A stretch of 40,781 nucleotides of DNA from Candidatus Pyrohabitans jungbluthii (GCA_002010065.2 MTMD02000012.1:1-40781); one strand, 5' to 3'. Positions 18,588 through 28,129 are shown, numbered from the stretch's first letter. Numbers and translations: made by a program. Notes: generated by a model not told the origin, from the letters alone.

Positions 18588-18731
18588 CTAAGGCTTTCTT
18601 ACAAGCCTCGAGGCAATAACTACGAGTGCCACCACAAGCCAGAAGTGCAGCGGCTCTGTAACGCCGAACACGAAAAGCAGGAAGTTCAGGAGAAGCGCAG
18701 CCGCAAGCGCAAGGGCGATGAGTTTATTCAC
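18588..18731 (-). CDS. Small 47-aa two-TM membrane protein
   Basis: Not in the ORF track. MNKLIALALAAALLLNFLLFVFGVTEPLHFWLVVALVVIASRLVRKP; its GTG overlaps the stop of the Hjc-like gene. Confidence 0.65.
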   Translation of the reverse strand: MNKLIALALAAALLLNFLLFVFGVTEPLHFWLVVALVVIASRLVRKP

Positions 18732-19216
18732 CGCCTTCCCTCCAGCATCTCCAGCAGACGCGGGAGTTCCACCACCACGTAGCCAGTGGAATCGTCCTTA
18801 AACTTTATGAGGAGCGCCTCGCCGCGTTCCGCGGCTTTTGCAACCTCTTCCTTGGTTATGCCCACAGAGTTCCTCGCCCAGGTGCTCTTCTCCTTCAAAT
18901 TCACATCAAAGCGAAAAAACTTCTCGCTAATAATCGCATACAGTTTGCGGTGCCTGTAAAAGGAGAAAACCACAAGCGGTAGTTCGTCCTCACGAGCTTC
19001 GCCGCATATCTTCTCCAGTGCTGCGCGAGAAATGCGGATACTCTCTCCGCTGCGCGTGGACTTCGCATCTATCCTGAGCTTCACCCCGCCCTTCTCGGCT
19101 ATTACATCTCCTTTTATCGCCGGCGCTAAGCCGCTAAGCGGAATTCTGTTCGCCTTATAGCCCCGGGATATGAGGAAGTCCTTTATCCTGTATTCAAACT
19201 TCTTCCAGGTCTGCAT
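18728..19216 (-). CDS. Hjc-like Holliday-junction resolvase / PD-(D/E)XK nuclease
   Basis: FE...RGY...RIPLSG...GDVIAEK...IDAKST. Confidence 0.78.
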   Translation of the reverse strand: MQTWKKFEYRIKDFLISRGYKANRIPLSGLAPAIKGDVIAEKGGVKLRIDAKSTRSGESIRISRAALEKICGEAREDELPLVVFSFYRHRKLYAIISEKFFRFDVNLKEKSTWARNSVGITKEEVAKAAERGEALLIKFKDDSTGYVVVELPRLLEMLEGRR

Positions 19217-19311
19217 TAAATTAAGAACCCCGCCGCGGGATAAATCCCTTTCGGTTTCGCGGAGGTTTTTAATATGGGGTATGTGATTATAACTACCTCG
19301 TGGGTGGTAAG

Positions 19312-20247
19312 ATGTACGACGTGATTATACTCGGCGCAGGTCCAGCTGGCTTGGCCGCTGGCATGTACGCGGGAAGGCTGAATATGCGCACACTGATAAT
19401 AGGTGAGGAGGTGGGCGGACTCATAGCTACGACGCAGCTGGTGGAGAACTACCCTGGCTTTAAGCAAATCTCCGGCGAGGAGCTTTCGGAGCGCTTAATG
19501 GAGCATGCCGAGGAGTACGGTGTGGAGCTGGTGGAAGCTCGAGCAATAGACGTGGAGCGCACTGCAGAAGGCTTTCGCGTGGTTACCGACGAAGATGAGA
19601 GCTACGAGGGTAAGACGCTCATCTTCGCCACGGGTACAAGGCACAGGAAGCTGCCTGCGAAAGGCGCGGAAGAGTACGAAAATCGTGGTGTTTATTACTG
19701 CGCCCTTTGCGATGGCCCGCTGTTTAAAGATAAGGTTGTAGCTGTGGTGGGTGGAAGTGACTCCGCGGCGAAGGAGGCACTCCTTCTGGCAGAGTACGCG
19801 CGCAAGGTTTACATAATCTATCGCGGAGAGGAGTTGCGAGGGGAGCCGCCGAACCTGCGCAGGATTGAGGAGAACGAGAAAATCGAGGTGATATACCGCA
19901 CAAACATCGTTGAGGTCAAGGGTGACCGCCTGCTGCGCAGCGTTGTGCTCGACCGGGAGTACAACGGGAGCAAGGAGCTTAGCCTCGATGGCGTGTTTGT
20001 AGCAATAGGCGGCGAGCCCCAGAGTGAGCTGGCGAAGAAGCTGGGCGTGGAGACGAATGAGAAGGGAGAGATAATCATAGACAGGGATTCGAGAACAAGC
20101 GTTGCCGGCGTATTCGCAGCAGGCGACGTCGTGGCAAGTAGCTTTAAGCAGGCTATTGTGGGCGTGGCCGAGGGTGTTGTGGCGGCATATTCAGCGTACC
20201 GCTTCGTAACGAGTGGCTATGTGGCGACGAGGGCGAGCGGCGAATAG
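19312..20247 (+). CDS. trxB: Thioredoxin reductase
   Basis: GAGPAG, CALCDG, GGSDSA, GVFAAGD. Confidence 0.92.
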   Translation: MYDVIILGAGPAGLAAGMYAGRLNMRTLIIGEEVGGLIATTQLVENYPGFKQISGEELSERLMEHAEEYGVELVEARAIDVERTAEGFRVVTDEDESYEGKTLIFATGTRHRKLPAKGAEEYENRGVYYCALCDGPLFKDKVVAVVGGSDSAAKEALLLAEYARKVYIIYRGEELRGEPPNLRRIEENEKIEVIYRTNIVEVKGDRLLRSVVLDREYNGSKELSLDGVFVAIGGEPQSELAKKLGVETNEKGEIIIDRDSRTSVAGVFAAGDVVASSFKQAIVGVAEGVVAAYSAYRFVTSGYVATRASGE

Positions 20248-20249
20248 CT

Positions 20250-20456
20250 CTATGGCTTCTTGCTTATCACATCCACGCGCTGCTGCAGCAGGGCCATAGC
20301 CTCCGCGAGGTCTTTGAGCAGGTGCGTATTCCTGCCCACGAAAGAGGCAACCATCTTATTATCCAGCTCCCCCTCCTCCGCCTTCGTAGCTATATCTTTA
20401 AGTATCGCTTCTGCTTCTTCAGCCATTTCCTCAGAAGTCTTTACCAACAAAAACAC
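20250..20456 (-). CDS. Small helical hypothetical protein
   Basis: About 66-68 aa ORF with a GGAGGTG RBS and TATA upstream. Confidence 0.6.
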   Translation of the reverse strand: MFLLVKTSEEMAEEAEAILKDIATKAEEGELDNKMVASFVGRNTHLLKDLAEAMALLQQRVDVISKKP

Positions 20457-20485
20457 CTCCCTTTATATATTATGTTCGAACAGAC

Positions 20486-21430
20486 TTAAATCTCTTTTGT
20501 CCCTCTCTGCTCGAGGGCTTTAACTATTTCCGCTATTGTTTCATTAACGGGTGTGGCGATCCCCAGCTTTTTCCCGAGGCTCACAATAGCCCCATTCAGG
20601 TAGTCGATTTCCGTCCTCTTCCCCCTCTCTATGTCCTGGAGCATGGAGCTTATGTGACTCACTGTGGGGGGAAGCAGCTTCTCAAGGAGGTGCGTATAGT
20701 ACTCCTCCCATGTGAATTTGAGATGGATCCCCAGAGCATTAGCAACCTCAAAAGCTTCCCTGAGCATGGCACGCATTAGCTTGCGCGTCTCCGGCATCTC
20801 TCCAAGCTTGCCGTAGGGCACGCGAAGGATAGCAGAGAGAGGGTTGAGAGCTATGTTGTAGAATGCCTTCATCCACTTCTCCCTTATTATGTCGTCGCTC
20901 GCCTTTGTTGGTATCCCTGCATGGGTAAAGGCGGAGGCTATCTCCTTCGCTCTGGGCGTAGCTCCTCCCTCCAGGTCACCCACCAGGCATTCGCTTGCAT
21001 ATACCGTCACCTCGGCACAGCCCGGCTCCAGAAGCCTCGCGCCGAATATCGCCATGCCCCCCATTGTGCGTTGCTTTCCAACGACACTTGCTATTAGCTC
21101 CTCGTTGCCGATGCCGTTCTGCATCGACATCACTGCGGTGCCCTCTTTGACAAGAGGCAGAACTTCCTTTACGGCGCTGGCGGTGTCGTAGGACTTTGTG
21201 GTTATCATGATGAGGTCGAAGGACGCGTGCTCTGGAATCTGTTCAACCGATGTAAACGCAGCGAGGCGCGTGAAGATGTGCTCACCCCATATACCCGTTA
21301 TGGTTAATCCCCTCTCATTTATCGCTTTGATGTGCTCCCTTCTACCGATTAATGTAACGCTGTTATCGCGGGATAAGAAGCCGCCGAACACCGAGCCCAT
21401 TGCTCCAGCGCCGAAGATGAGGATGTTCAT
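20486..21430 (-). CDS. panE: 2-dehydropantoate 2-reductase
   Basis: GAGAMG, TKSYD, QNGIG, SSMLQD, TEIDYLNG. Confidence 0.94.
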   Translation of the reverse strand: MNILIFGAGAMGSVFGGFLSRDNSVTLIGRREHIKAINERGLTITGIWGEHIFTRLAAFTSVEQIPEHASFDLIMITTKSYDTASAVKEVLPLVKEGTAVMSMQNGIGNEELIASVVGKQRTMGGMAIFGARLLEPGCAEVTVYASECLVGDLEGGATPRAKEIASAFTHAGIPTKASDDIIREKWMKAFYNIALNPLSAILRVPYGKLGEMPETRKLMRAMLREAFEVANALGIHLKFTWEEYYTHLLEKLLPPTVSHISSMLQDIERGKRTEIDYLNGAIVSLGKKLGIATPVNETIAEIVKALEQRGTKEI

Positions 21431-21440
21431 GGCTCAGCAC

Positions 21441-22805
21441 CTAATTCCTGTGCCCGTGGATCGGCGACGGTATTCTGCCGCCGCGCTTTACGAATGCCTC
21501 GCAGGAGCGCTCGCTTACTGGCATGACATAGGCATAGCCCAGCAGGCCGCCAAGCTCTATGCGCTCCCCCTCTCTGCCCGCGAGGAGCACCCTAACGCCT
21601 GTGGTTTTGTTGTTCATAACCCCTATCGCAGCTTCGTCTGCGATTAAGCCAGCGACGGTGCTTGCGCTGGTCTTCGCAGGAAGCACCACCATGTCCAAGC
21701 CCACGCTGCAAACGCTGGTCATGGCCAGAAGTTTATCCACTGTCACCGCGCCCTCGCGTGCTGCCTCTGCCATGCCTGCGTCCTCGCTCACTGGTATGAA
21801 GGCTCCGCTCAGCCCGCCCACGTAGCTTGTCGCCATGGTTCCGCCCTTCTTCACCGCATCCACGAGCAGAGCGAGCGCAGCCACGCTTCCAGGTGCGCCG
21901 CACCGCTCTATTCCCATCGCCTCTATTATCTTCGCCACGCTGTCGCCCGGGAATGGCGTCGGCGCCAGGGAGAGGTCAACTATACCGAAGCTCACACTTA
22001 ATCTCTTGCTCAGTTCCCTGCCAATAAGCTCTCCCACGCGGGTTATCTTGAAGGCAGTGCGCTTGATAACCTCCGCAACCTCCCCAAGGCTCGCCTCGCT
22101 GTGCTTCTCCAGCACCGCTCTGACTACGCCGGGGCCTGAGATACCCACATTCAGTGCCGCCTCACCCTCACCCTCGCCGTGGAATGCACCCGCCATGAAG
22201 GGGTTATCTCCAGGCGCATTCGCGAATGTGACCAGACGCGCGCAATTCATGTAGTCAAGCTCTGACGCACGTTTAACCACCTGCCCCATTCTCAGCACAG
22301 CGTCCATGTTAATACCTGCCCGCGTCGAGGCGACATTAACTGAGCTGCACACCCTCTGCGTGGAGTTCAGCGCCTGGGGTATAGCATCTATAAGCGCCTC
22401 GTCGCCGCGGGTAAAGCCCTTCTCCACCAGTGCTGAGAAGCCGCCTATGAAGTCCACATTTAGCTTCTCCGCCGCGCGCTCTAAGGCGAGAGCTGCGCGC
22501 ACCGCCGCTTCTTTCGCCTCCTCCTCGCCAAGCTCCCGCACCGCTGGCGAGATAATGTTTGCTACAGGTGTAACAGCCACACGCTTGTTAACTATAGGGA
22601 TGCTGTACTTTTCCTCTAAGGCCTGAGCCTCGCTTACCAGGCGTTCGCCAACGCTGAGAAGCTTCTCCTCAATTCGCTCGCAGGTTTCGTCTATATCGCT
22701 GGAGGCGCAGTCTTTAAGGCTCACCCCCAGCGTGACGGTGCGAATGTCAAGACGCTCCACAAGTATCATGCGAAGCGTCTCAAGAATCTCCTCCCTATCG
22801 AGCAT
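21441..22805 (-). CDS. UPF0210/DUF711 (PFL-like) protein
   Basis: LDIRTVTLG, DNPFMAGAFHG, GGLSGAFIPVSED, VCSVGLDM. Confidence 0.92.
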   Translation of the reverse strand: MLDREEILETLRMILVERLDIRTVTLGVSLKDCASSDIDETCERIEEKLLSVGERLVSEAQALEEKYSIPIVNKRVAVTPVANIISPAVRELGEEEAKEAAVRAALALERAAEKLNVDFIGGFSALVEKGFTRGDEALIDAIPQALNSTQRVCSSVNVASTRAGINMDAVLRMGQVVKRASELDYMNCARLVTFANAPGDNPFMAGAFHGEGEGEAALNVGISGPGVVRAVLEKHSEASLGEVAEVIKRTAFKITRVGELIGRELSKRLSVSFGIVDLSLAPTPFPGDSVAKIIEAMGIERCGAPGSVAALALLVDAVKKGGTMATSYVGGLSGAFIPVSEDAGMAEAAREGAVTVDKLLAMTSVCSVGLDMVVLPAKTSASTVAGLIADEAAIGVMNNKTTGVRVLLAGREGERIELGGLLGYAYVMPVSERSCEAFVKRGGRIPSPIHGHRN

Positions 22806-22814
22806 GCCCTCACC

Positions 22815-23087
22815 TTAAATACGGTGCATGTAGCGGAATATGTCCTCGTGCTGGGCGATTATCTTAACGCGCTGCTCCTCCGCTACGCGCTCAAGGCGGC
22901 GCTGAAGCTCGCGAAGCTCTTTGCCGGTTATGTCCACGATGAGCGTCATTGTCAGCAAGCCCTGCACAACCGTCTGGCTTAGGTCTTCTATGTTTATCCC
23001 CAGCTCAGCGCACGCGCTGGTAACGGCGGCTATAATGCCGGGATGATCCTCGCCGATAACCGTAATAACGGCGCGCTCCTTCTTCAT
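22815..23087 (-). CDS. ACT-domain protein (UPF0237)
   Basis: AVITVIGEDHPGIIA...QHEDIFRYMHRI; the usual partner of DUF711. Confidence 0.92.
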   Translation of the reverse strand: MKKERAVITVIGEDHPGIIAAVTSACAELGINIEDLSQTVVQGLLTMTLIVDITGKELRELQRRLERVAEEQRVKIIAQHEDIFRYMHRI

Positions 23088-23185
23088 GCTCTGCGTATTG
23101 GCGGGAGACGTATTTATATTTGGCGCTATCCGCAAACATAGCAGGCGGTAAGCTTTTATGTGGTATGCAAAGCTTAGATAAGAGT

Positions 23186-24340
23186 ATGAGGGTATTTGTC
23201 CACCTTGCGGTGATATGCTTCCTACTCCTCTTCAGCGTTACCATGATCTACCCTGTTGTCAAGCACTACGTAATGGACAGGTATGGGGCAAGCATATCCC
23301 AGGCGGGCATGTTCGTGGCGGTCAACTTAATAGCGTATGCCATATTTGCCCTGGTGTGGGGGGCGATTTCCGACAGAATAGGCAGAAGAAAACCCTTCAT
23401 CGTTTACGGTCTCCTTGGCAACTCCCTCATGCTCTTCCTCCAGGCCAACGCCCCTAATTTAGAGCTTCTGATGCTCTTCAGGTTCATAGAGGGCATATTC
23501 ACAGTGATGGTGTACTCCATAGCCATGGCCATGGTGCTGGATATCGCGGGGAGGGAGAAATATGGCAGGGGCATGGGAACCGTCGGAATGGGCATTGCCG
23601 CGGGTATGGCCTTCGGCTCGCCCACCGGCGGCGTGCTCGGCGAGATAGAGCCGGTGCTCCCCTTCTATGCCGCCTCTGCGATAATCCTCGCAGCCTTTGC
23701 GGTGGCCCTGTTCCTTCAGGACACCCCCGCAAAAGCCTCGCGCTCTGCGCTGCGCAGCTTCTCGCTCCTTGCGGAGAGGAAGGAGCTCGCGATTCCCTAC
23801 GTCTTCTCCTTCATCGACAGGTTCACCGCAGGATTCTTTGTGAGCGTCTTTCCCATAATGCTGGGAGTTAGCTACGGGATGAATCCCAAGCAGATAGGGA
23901 TGTACCTCTCCTCATTTCTCATGCCCTTTGCGCTGCTCCAGTATGCAGGCGGCATAGCCGTGGACAGATACGGCAGGCTGAAACCGCTCATCGCCGGAAG
24001 CGTCGTCTATGCAGCGTGCATATCCCTGGTGGGAGTGCTGCACCCACCGGTGATCGCGGGTGTGCTCTTCATCGCAGGCATTATGGCTGCGGTGATGCTT
24101 CCCGCCTCGGCTGCGCTCAGCGGAGACTTTGCCCCCCGCGAATCCAGAGGCGCCGCTATAGGCGGGTTCAACTTCAGTGGCTCCCTGGGCTTTGCCCTTG
24201 GGCCGGCGGTCGCCGGAGCTATGGCGGAAAGCTATGGATTCGCCGCTACCTTCCTTCTGGCGGGTGCCTCTGTGCTTGCCAGCTTGCTCATCGCCCTTGC
24301 TCTGGTGCTGAGGTGGGGTCTGGGATTCAAAGGCAGATGA
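23186..24340 (+). CDS. MFS transporter
   Basis: About 12 TMs; GAISDRIGRRK motif A, repeated as DRYGR. Confidence 0.92.
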   Translation: MRVFVHLAVICFLLLFSVTMIYPVVKHYVMDRYGASISQAGMFVAVNLIAYAIFALVWGAISDRIGRRKPFIVYGLLGNSLMLFLQANAPNLELLMLFRFIEGIFTVMVYSIAMAMVLDIAGREKYGRGMGTVGMGIAAGMAFGSPTGGVLGEIEPVLPFYAASAIILAAFAVALFLQDTPAKASRSALRSFSLLAERKELAIPYVFSFIDRFTAGFFVSVFPIMLGVSYGMNPKQIGMYLSSFLMPFALLQYAGGIAVDRYGRLKPLIAGSVVYAACISLVGVLHPPVIAGVLFIAGIMAAVMLPASAALSGDFAPRESRGAAIGGFNFSGSLGFALGPAVAGAMAESYGFAATFLLAGASVLASLLIALALVLRWGLGFKGR

Positions 24341-24345
24341 GAGAG

Positions 24346-25089
24346 CTACTCACTGCTCCTTCTCACAGCGAGGATGCTGGCAAAGAAGAAGCTCAGCGCA
24401 AAGGCGAGTAGCACGGCGAAGTTTCCAAGCGGGAATTCTCTGCCGAGCATCGCCGCACGAAGGCACAGCGACGCATGCGTCAGCGGGAGCAGCTTGATGA
24501 GCGAGGCGACCCATACGGGCACCCCCTGAAGAGAGAAGAAGGTGCCGCTCAGGAACATCATGGGCGTTATGAAGAGCGTTGTGAAGGTGTTCATGTCCTC
24601 GTGGCTCCATATTATCATTCCAACAAGCATGCCCAGGCTGGCGAAGAGGAATGAAGTGACGAGGATTGTGGCAATCGCCGCGAGGTTGATGTTAATCTTC
24701 GCGCCGTACAGAAAGGCGAGGAGTATTATTATCGTGGCGCTGAGCAAGCCGCGAAGCACGCCCCCGAGCACCTTTCCCAGCACTATGGAATGCGCTGCTA
24801 TGGGGGCGACGAGATAGTTCTCAAAGGTTTTGGTATATCTGCGCGAGATGTTAAGCACCACACCAACGCTGGTGAAGCTGGTGTTCATGGTGCTCAGCGC
24901 GATTATTCCAGGGACAACGTAGTTGAGGTAGCTCACCCCCTCGAGTTGTATTCCCCTGCCCAGACCCCAGCCGAAGGCGGTGAGCAGCAGCAGAGGGTTC
25001 ACCATGCCAGAGAAAAGGTAGCGCCAGAAGCGCCGCCGGAAGGTGAGGAGCTCCCTCTCAAAAACAACGAGGAAGTCCACGCTACTCAA
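24346..25089 (-). CDS. ABC-2 type permease (NodJ/DrrB-like)
   Basis: YLNYVVPGI, PMMFLSGTFF, LPLTH. Confidence 0.92.
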   Translation of the reverse strand: MSSVDFLVVFERELLTFRRRFWRYLFSGMVNPLLLLTAFGWGLGRGIQLEGVSYLNYVVPGIIALSTMNTSFTSVGVVLNISRRYTKTFENYLVAPIAAHSIVLGKVLGGVLRGLLSATIIILLAFLYGAKININLAAIATILVTSFLFASLGMLVGMIIWSHEDMNTFTTLFITPMMFLSGTFFSLQGVPVWVASLIKLLPLTHASLCLRAAMLGREFPLGNFAVLLAFALSFFFASILAVRRSSE

Positions 25090-25930
25090 ACCTCCTGCCA
25101 GTGAGCTCTATAAAAACGTCCTCAAGGTTGGTCTCCCTAACCGAGAAGTCGCACGCCTCGCACCGCGCATGTTTAGCGCCGTACTCCAAAGCCTCCTCTC
25201 GAGTGGGGAAGAACCTGCGCTCCGCCATGCCCGCGTGATACACCTCAACCGCGAAGTTGCCCAGCTTTCTTTTCAGGTTTGTTGGCGAGTCTAAGGCGAT
25301 AAGCTGCCCTTCGTTTATTATGCCCACGCGGTCGCACAGTTGCTCAGCCTCCTCGATGTAGTGGGTGGTCAGGAGCACTGTAACGCCCTCGCTGCGCAGG
25401 TTTCTGATAAGGTCCCAGATTTTTCTGCGCGTCGCAGGGTCTAAACCCACGGTGGGCTCGTCCAGGAAGAGCACTCTCGGGCGATGCATCAGCGCCCTCG
25501 CGATAAGCAGTCTGCGCTTCATCCCACCTGAGAAACCCTCCACCAGGTCGTCGGCGCGCTTTTCCAGCTCCACAAATGCGAGGAGTTCGGAGATGCGCCT
25601 CTCCCGCTCGTGGTGCGGCATGTGGTAGAGTTTGCCGTGGAACTCTAAATTTTCCCTCGCCGTGAGCTCGATGTCGAGGTTTAGGTGCTGGGGCGCTATG
25701 CCTATGCTGCGCTTCACCGCTAGTGGCTCTGCAACGACGTCGTAGCCAGCGACCCACGCTCTGCCCGAGGTGGGCTTGGTAAGCGTCGTCAGCATGCGTA
25801 TTGTTGTTGTCTTACCCGCGCCGTTGGGGCCCAGCAAGCCGAAAACCTCTCCTTTGGCGACGGTGAAGCTGAGGTTGTGAACCGCCCTTATCTCCCCATA
25901 GTACTTCGTAAGCCCTTCAAGGCGAATCAT
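25082..25930 (-). CDS. ABC transporter ATP-binding protein (NodI/DrrA-like)
   Basis: GPNGAGKTT, FSGGM, LDEPT, TTHY. Confidence 0.95.
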   Translation of the reverse strand: MIRLEGLTKYYGEIRAVHNLSFTVAKGEVFGLLGPNGAGKTTTIRMLTTLTKPTSGRAWVAGYDVVAEPLAVKRSIGIAPQHLNLDIELTARENLEFHGKLYHMPHHERERRISELLAFVELEKRADDLVEGFSGGMKRRLLIARALMHRPRVLFLDEPTVGLDPATRRKIWDLIRNLRSEGVTVLLTTHYIEEAEQLCDRVGIINEGQLIALDSPTNLKRKLGNFAVEVYHAGMAERRFFPTREEALEYGAKHARCEACDFSVRETNLEDVFIELTGRRFE

Positions 25931-25934
25931 GCCC

Positions 25935-26723
25935 TCACCTTAGCTTCGCCACCTCTCGCATAAGCGCTTTAACGCGTTCCTCGCTCACGGGGTTTGAGAC
26001 TTTCCCTCCCTCTTTTAAGCTGGTGCCCACTATTGCGGCGTCTGCAATGCTGAGCAGAGCAGCGCAGTTCTCCACACTTAACCCGCTACCCACAATCACC
26101 GGCACTTCGCTCGCGAGCGTTGCCCGCTTCAGCTCCTCAACGCTGGGCGGCTCTCCCGTAGCTCTGCCAGTGAGGATAACCGCATCCGCCAACCCGCGGT
26201 CAACGTTGCTCGCTATCTCCTCCTCGAGGCTTAGGCTGGTGAGAGGCGAAGAGTGCTTTACGGCAACGTCTGCGAAGATTTTGATCCCCCTGCCTATTCT
26301 TTCCCTGTAGCGCAGCGTTTCATGTGCCCTGCCTTGGATTATACCCTCCCAGGCTACTCTTGCGCCTGTGTGGACGTTTACGCGGATGAACTCTCCGCCA
26401 GTGGCGGCGGCTATTGCGAGAGCCGCGGTAGCATCGTTGCGCAGCACATTTACGCCAAAGGGTAGGGGCACCTCCCTCTTAACCTCCTCTATTATGGAGG
26501 TCATAAATGCTATAACATGGGGCTCAACCCTACTAGGCGAAAAGGGCACATCGCCGTAGTTCTCGAAGAGAAGCGCATCCACGCCACCATGGTAGAGTGC
26601 CAGGGCATCGCTCAGAGCGCGCCTTCGCAACCCCTCCTCGCTGGTAAAGCGGGGTGAGCCGGGCAGGGCGAGGAGATGAACCACGCCAATTATCACTTTC
26701 TCCTTTTCGAAAAGTTTTATCAT
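25935..26723 (-). CDS. BtpA/SgcQ family protein
   Basis: IGVVHL, ENYGDVPF, GVNVLRND, ADVAVKH. Confidence 0.92.
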   Translation of the reverse strand: MIKLFEKEKVIIGVVHLLALPGSPRFTSEEGLRRRALSDALALYHGGVDALLFENYGDVPFSPSRVEPHVIAFMTSIIEEVKREVPLPFGVNVLRNDATAALAIAAATGGEFIRVNVHTGARVAWEGIIQGRAHETLRYRERIGRGIKIFADVAVKHSSPLTSLSLEEEIASNVDRGLADAVILTGRATGEPPSVEELKRATLASEVPVIVGSGLSVENCAALLSIADAAIVGTSLKEGGKVSNPVSEERVKALMREVAKLR

Positions 26724-26733
26724 GAGAATTACC

Positions 26734-26973
26734 ATGCATGCAGCGGATATAAATCTTCAGGAGGCTAACCCCCTGTTCAGCATTCTTGTGGATGCTGCAA
26801 AGTGTCGTGGAGTGGGTGCGTGCAAGGCAGCCTGTCCCAAAGGCCCAAAGATATGGGAGATTCGCGAGGAGGGCGGCGAGAAAAAGTGTGTTGTTAAAGA
26901 CCTGAGCTGGTGCCTTGCGTGCGCCAAATGCGTAGCTGCATGTCCGGAGGGAGCAATAACCCTGCAGTGGTAA
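26734..26973 (+). CDS. Dicluster ferredoxin (start uncertain)
   Basis: CRGVGACKAACP and CLACAKCVAACP. Confidence 0.88.
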   Translation: MHAADINLQEANPLFSILVDAAKCRGVGACKAACPKGPKIWEIREEGGEKKCVVKDLSWCLACAKCVAACPEGAITLQW

Positions 26974-27057
26974 CACGTATGTAAACTTTTATTATACGCT
27001 GGTGAAACAAAATTTATTTGTTGGACAAGGGGGAATATTGTCTTAGGAGGAAGAAAG

Positions 27058-27498
27058 TTGAAGGAGTATGTAAATGCGGATTGGGAGATAAGTTTTGATG
27101 CGTCACTGCTTATGAACCCAGAGATCGTCACCATTGCTCCAGAAATCAGAGTGAGCGAAGTTGCAAAGCTCATGATGGAGAGGAATATAAGCAGCGTTGC
27201 GGTTGCTGAGGGGGGCAAGATTGTGGGCATAATAACTGATCGCGACTTCACGCGCTGTGCTGCGATGGAAAAGCAGGCTACCACTGCTGCCGAACTCATG
27301 TCATCTCCGGTTATCACAGTAGATTACAGAGAAAATGTCCTGGACATCGCGAGAAAGATGGGAGACCACAACATAAGGCACATATTTGTGGAGAGAGACG
27401 GTGAGATTGTGGGTATAATCTCCCTGAGGGATATACTGAAAATTATGCCTGAGGCAATCTACTGCTACATCCCACACGTTGAGAAGAAGAATAAATAA
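27058..27498 (+). CDS. CBS-domain protein
   Basis: IVGIITDRD, LMSSPVITV, IVGIISLRD. Confidence 0.9.
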   Translation: MKEYVNADWEISFDASLLMNPEIVTIAPEIRVSEVAKLMMERNISSVAVAEGGKIVGIITDRDFTRCAAMEKQATTAAELMSSPVITVDYRENVLDIARKMGDHNIRHIFVERDGEIVGIISLRDILKIMPEAIYCYIPHVEKKNK

Positions 27499-27515
27499 GA
27501 AAAATAGGGGGAGAA

Positions 27516-27530
27516 CTCCCTTAAAGGGAG
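27516..27530. terminator. Short hairpin between convergent genes
   Basis: ctccc-ttaaa-gggag. Confidence 0.35.
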
Positions 27531-28129
27531 GTTATCTCCTCGTACCTCTTTTCAAGAATCGGCTTGTGAATCTCGTTGGGCTTGCCGTAGTGGCAGCGTT
27601 CGCACTTTGCCTTGTGTATCTTTATGTAGTTGCCATCGAAGTGGCAGAGCTGGCACACCAGCACATCTCCGGGACGTTTCTCAGGTACGCGGAAGTCACC
27701 CTCCTTTGTCATGTGGCAGGTCTGGCACATAGTTACGCCGAGGTCTTCGATCTTCTTTTCGTGGATCTTGTGGATCTTCTCGCCGTGGCAGGTGGTGCAG
27801 ATTCTGGGCTCAACACCCTTCGCCTCGTCCACCTTCATGAGCTTGGCAATCTGATGGAAGGTCGAAACATCACCGTGGCAGTCGGCACAGTTTATCTCAG
27901 TCACAACCTTCGTGGGTGCTGGCGCCTCGCCCACCGGCGGCTTTTCCTCCTTTGCAGATGCAAGCTCAGCCTTTAGCTTATTAAGCTCAGCCTCAAGGCT
28001 CGCGATCTGCTTATCCTTTTTCTGGATCTGCTGCGTGTAGGTGGTGGATACGTTCCCCACGTAGATCAGTGTCCCTACCAGAGCAATGGCTAAAACCGCA
28101 ATAATAATTCCCGTTACCTTGCTCGCCAT
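27521..28129 (-). CDS. Membrane-anchored pentaheme cytochrome c
   Basis: N-terminal TM, coiled coil, five CxxCH (CADCH, CTTCH, CQTCH, CQLCH, CERCH). Confidence 0.9.
   Translation of the reverse strand: MASKVTGIIIAVLAIALVGTLIYVGNVSTTYTQQIQKKDKQIASLEAELNKLKAELASAKEEKPPVGEAPAPTKVVTEINCADCHGDVSTFHQIAKLMKVDEAKGVEPRICTTCHGEKIHKIHEKKIEDLGVTMCQTCHMTKEGDFRVPEKRPGDVLVCQLCHFDGNYIKIHKAKCERCHYGKPNEIHKPILEKRYEEITSL

Noticed and set aside
27006-27022. Palindrome aacaaa-N5-tttgtt upstream of the CBS gene
   Set aside because: Short and AT-rich; cannot be assigned to a regulator from sequence alone.
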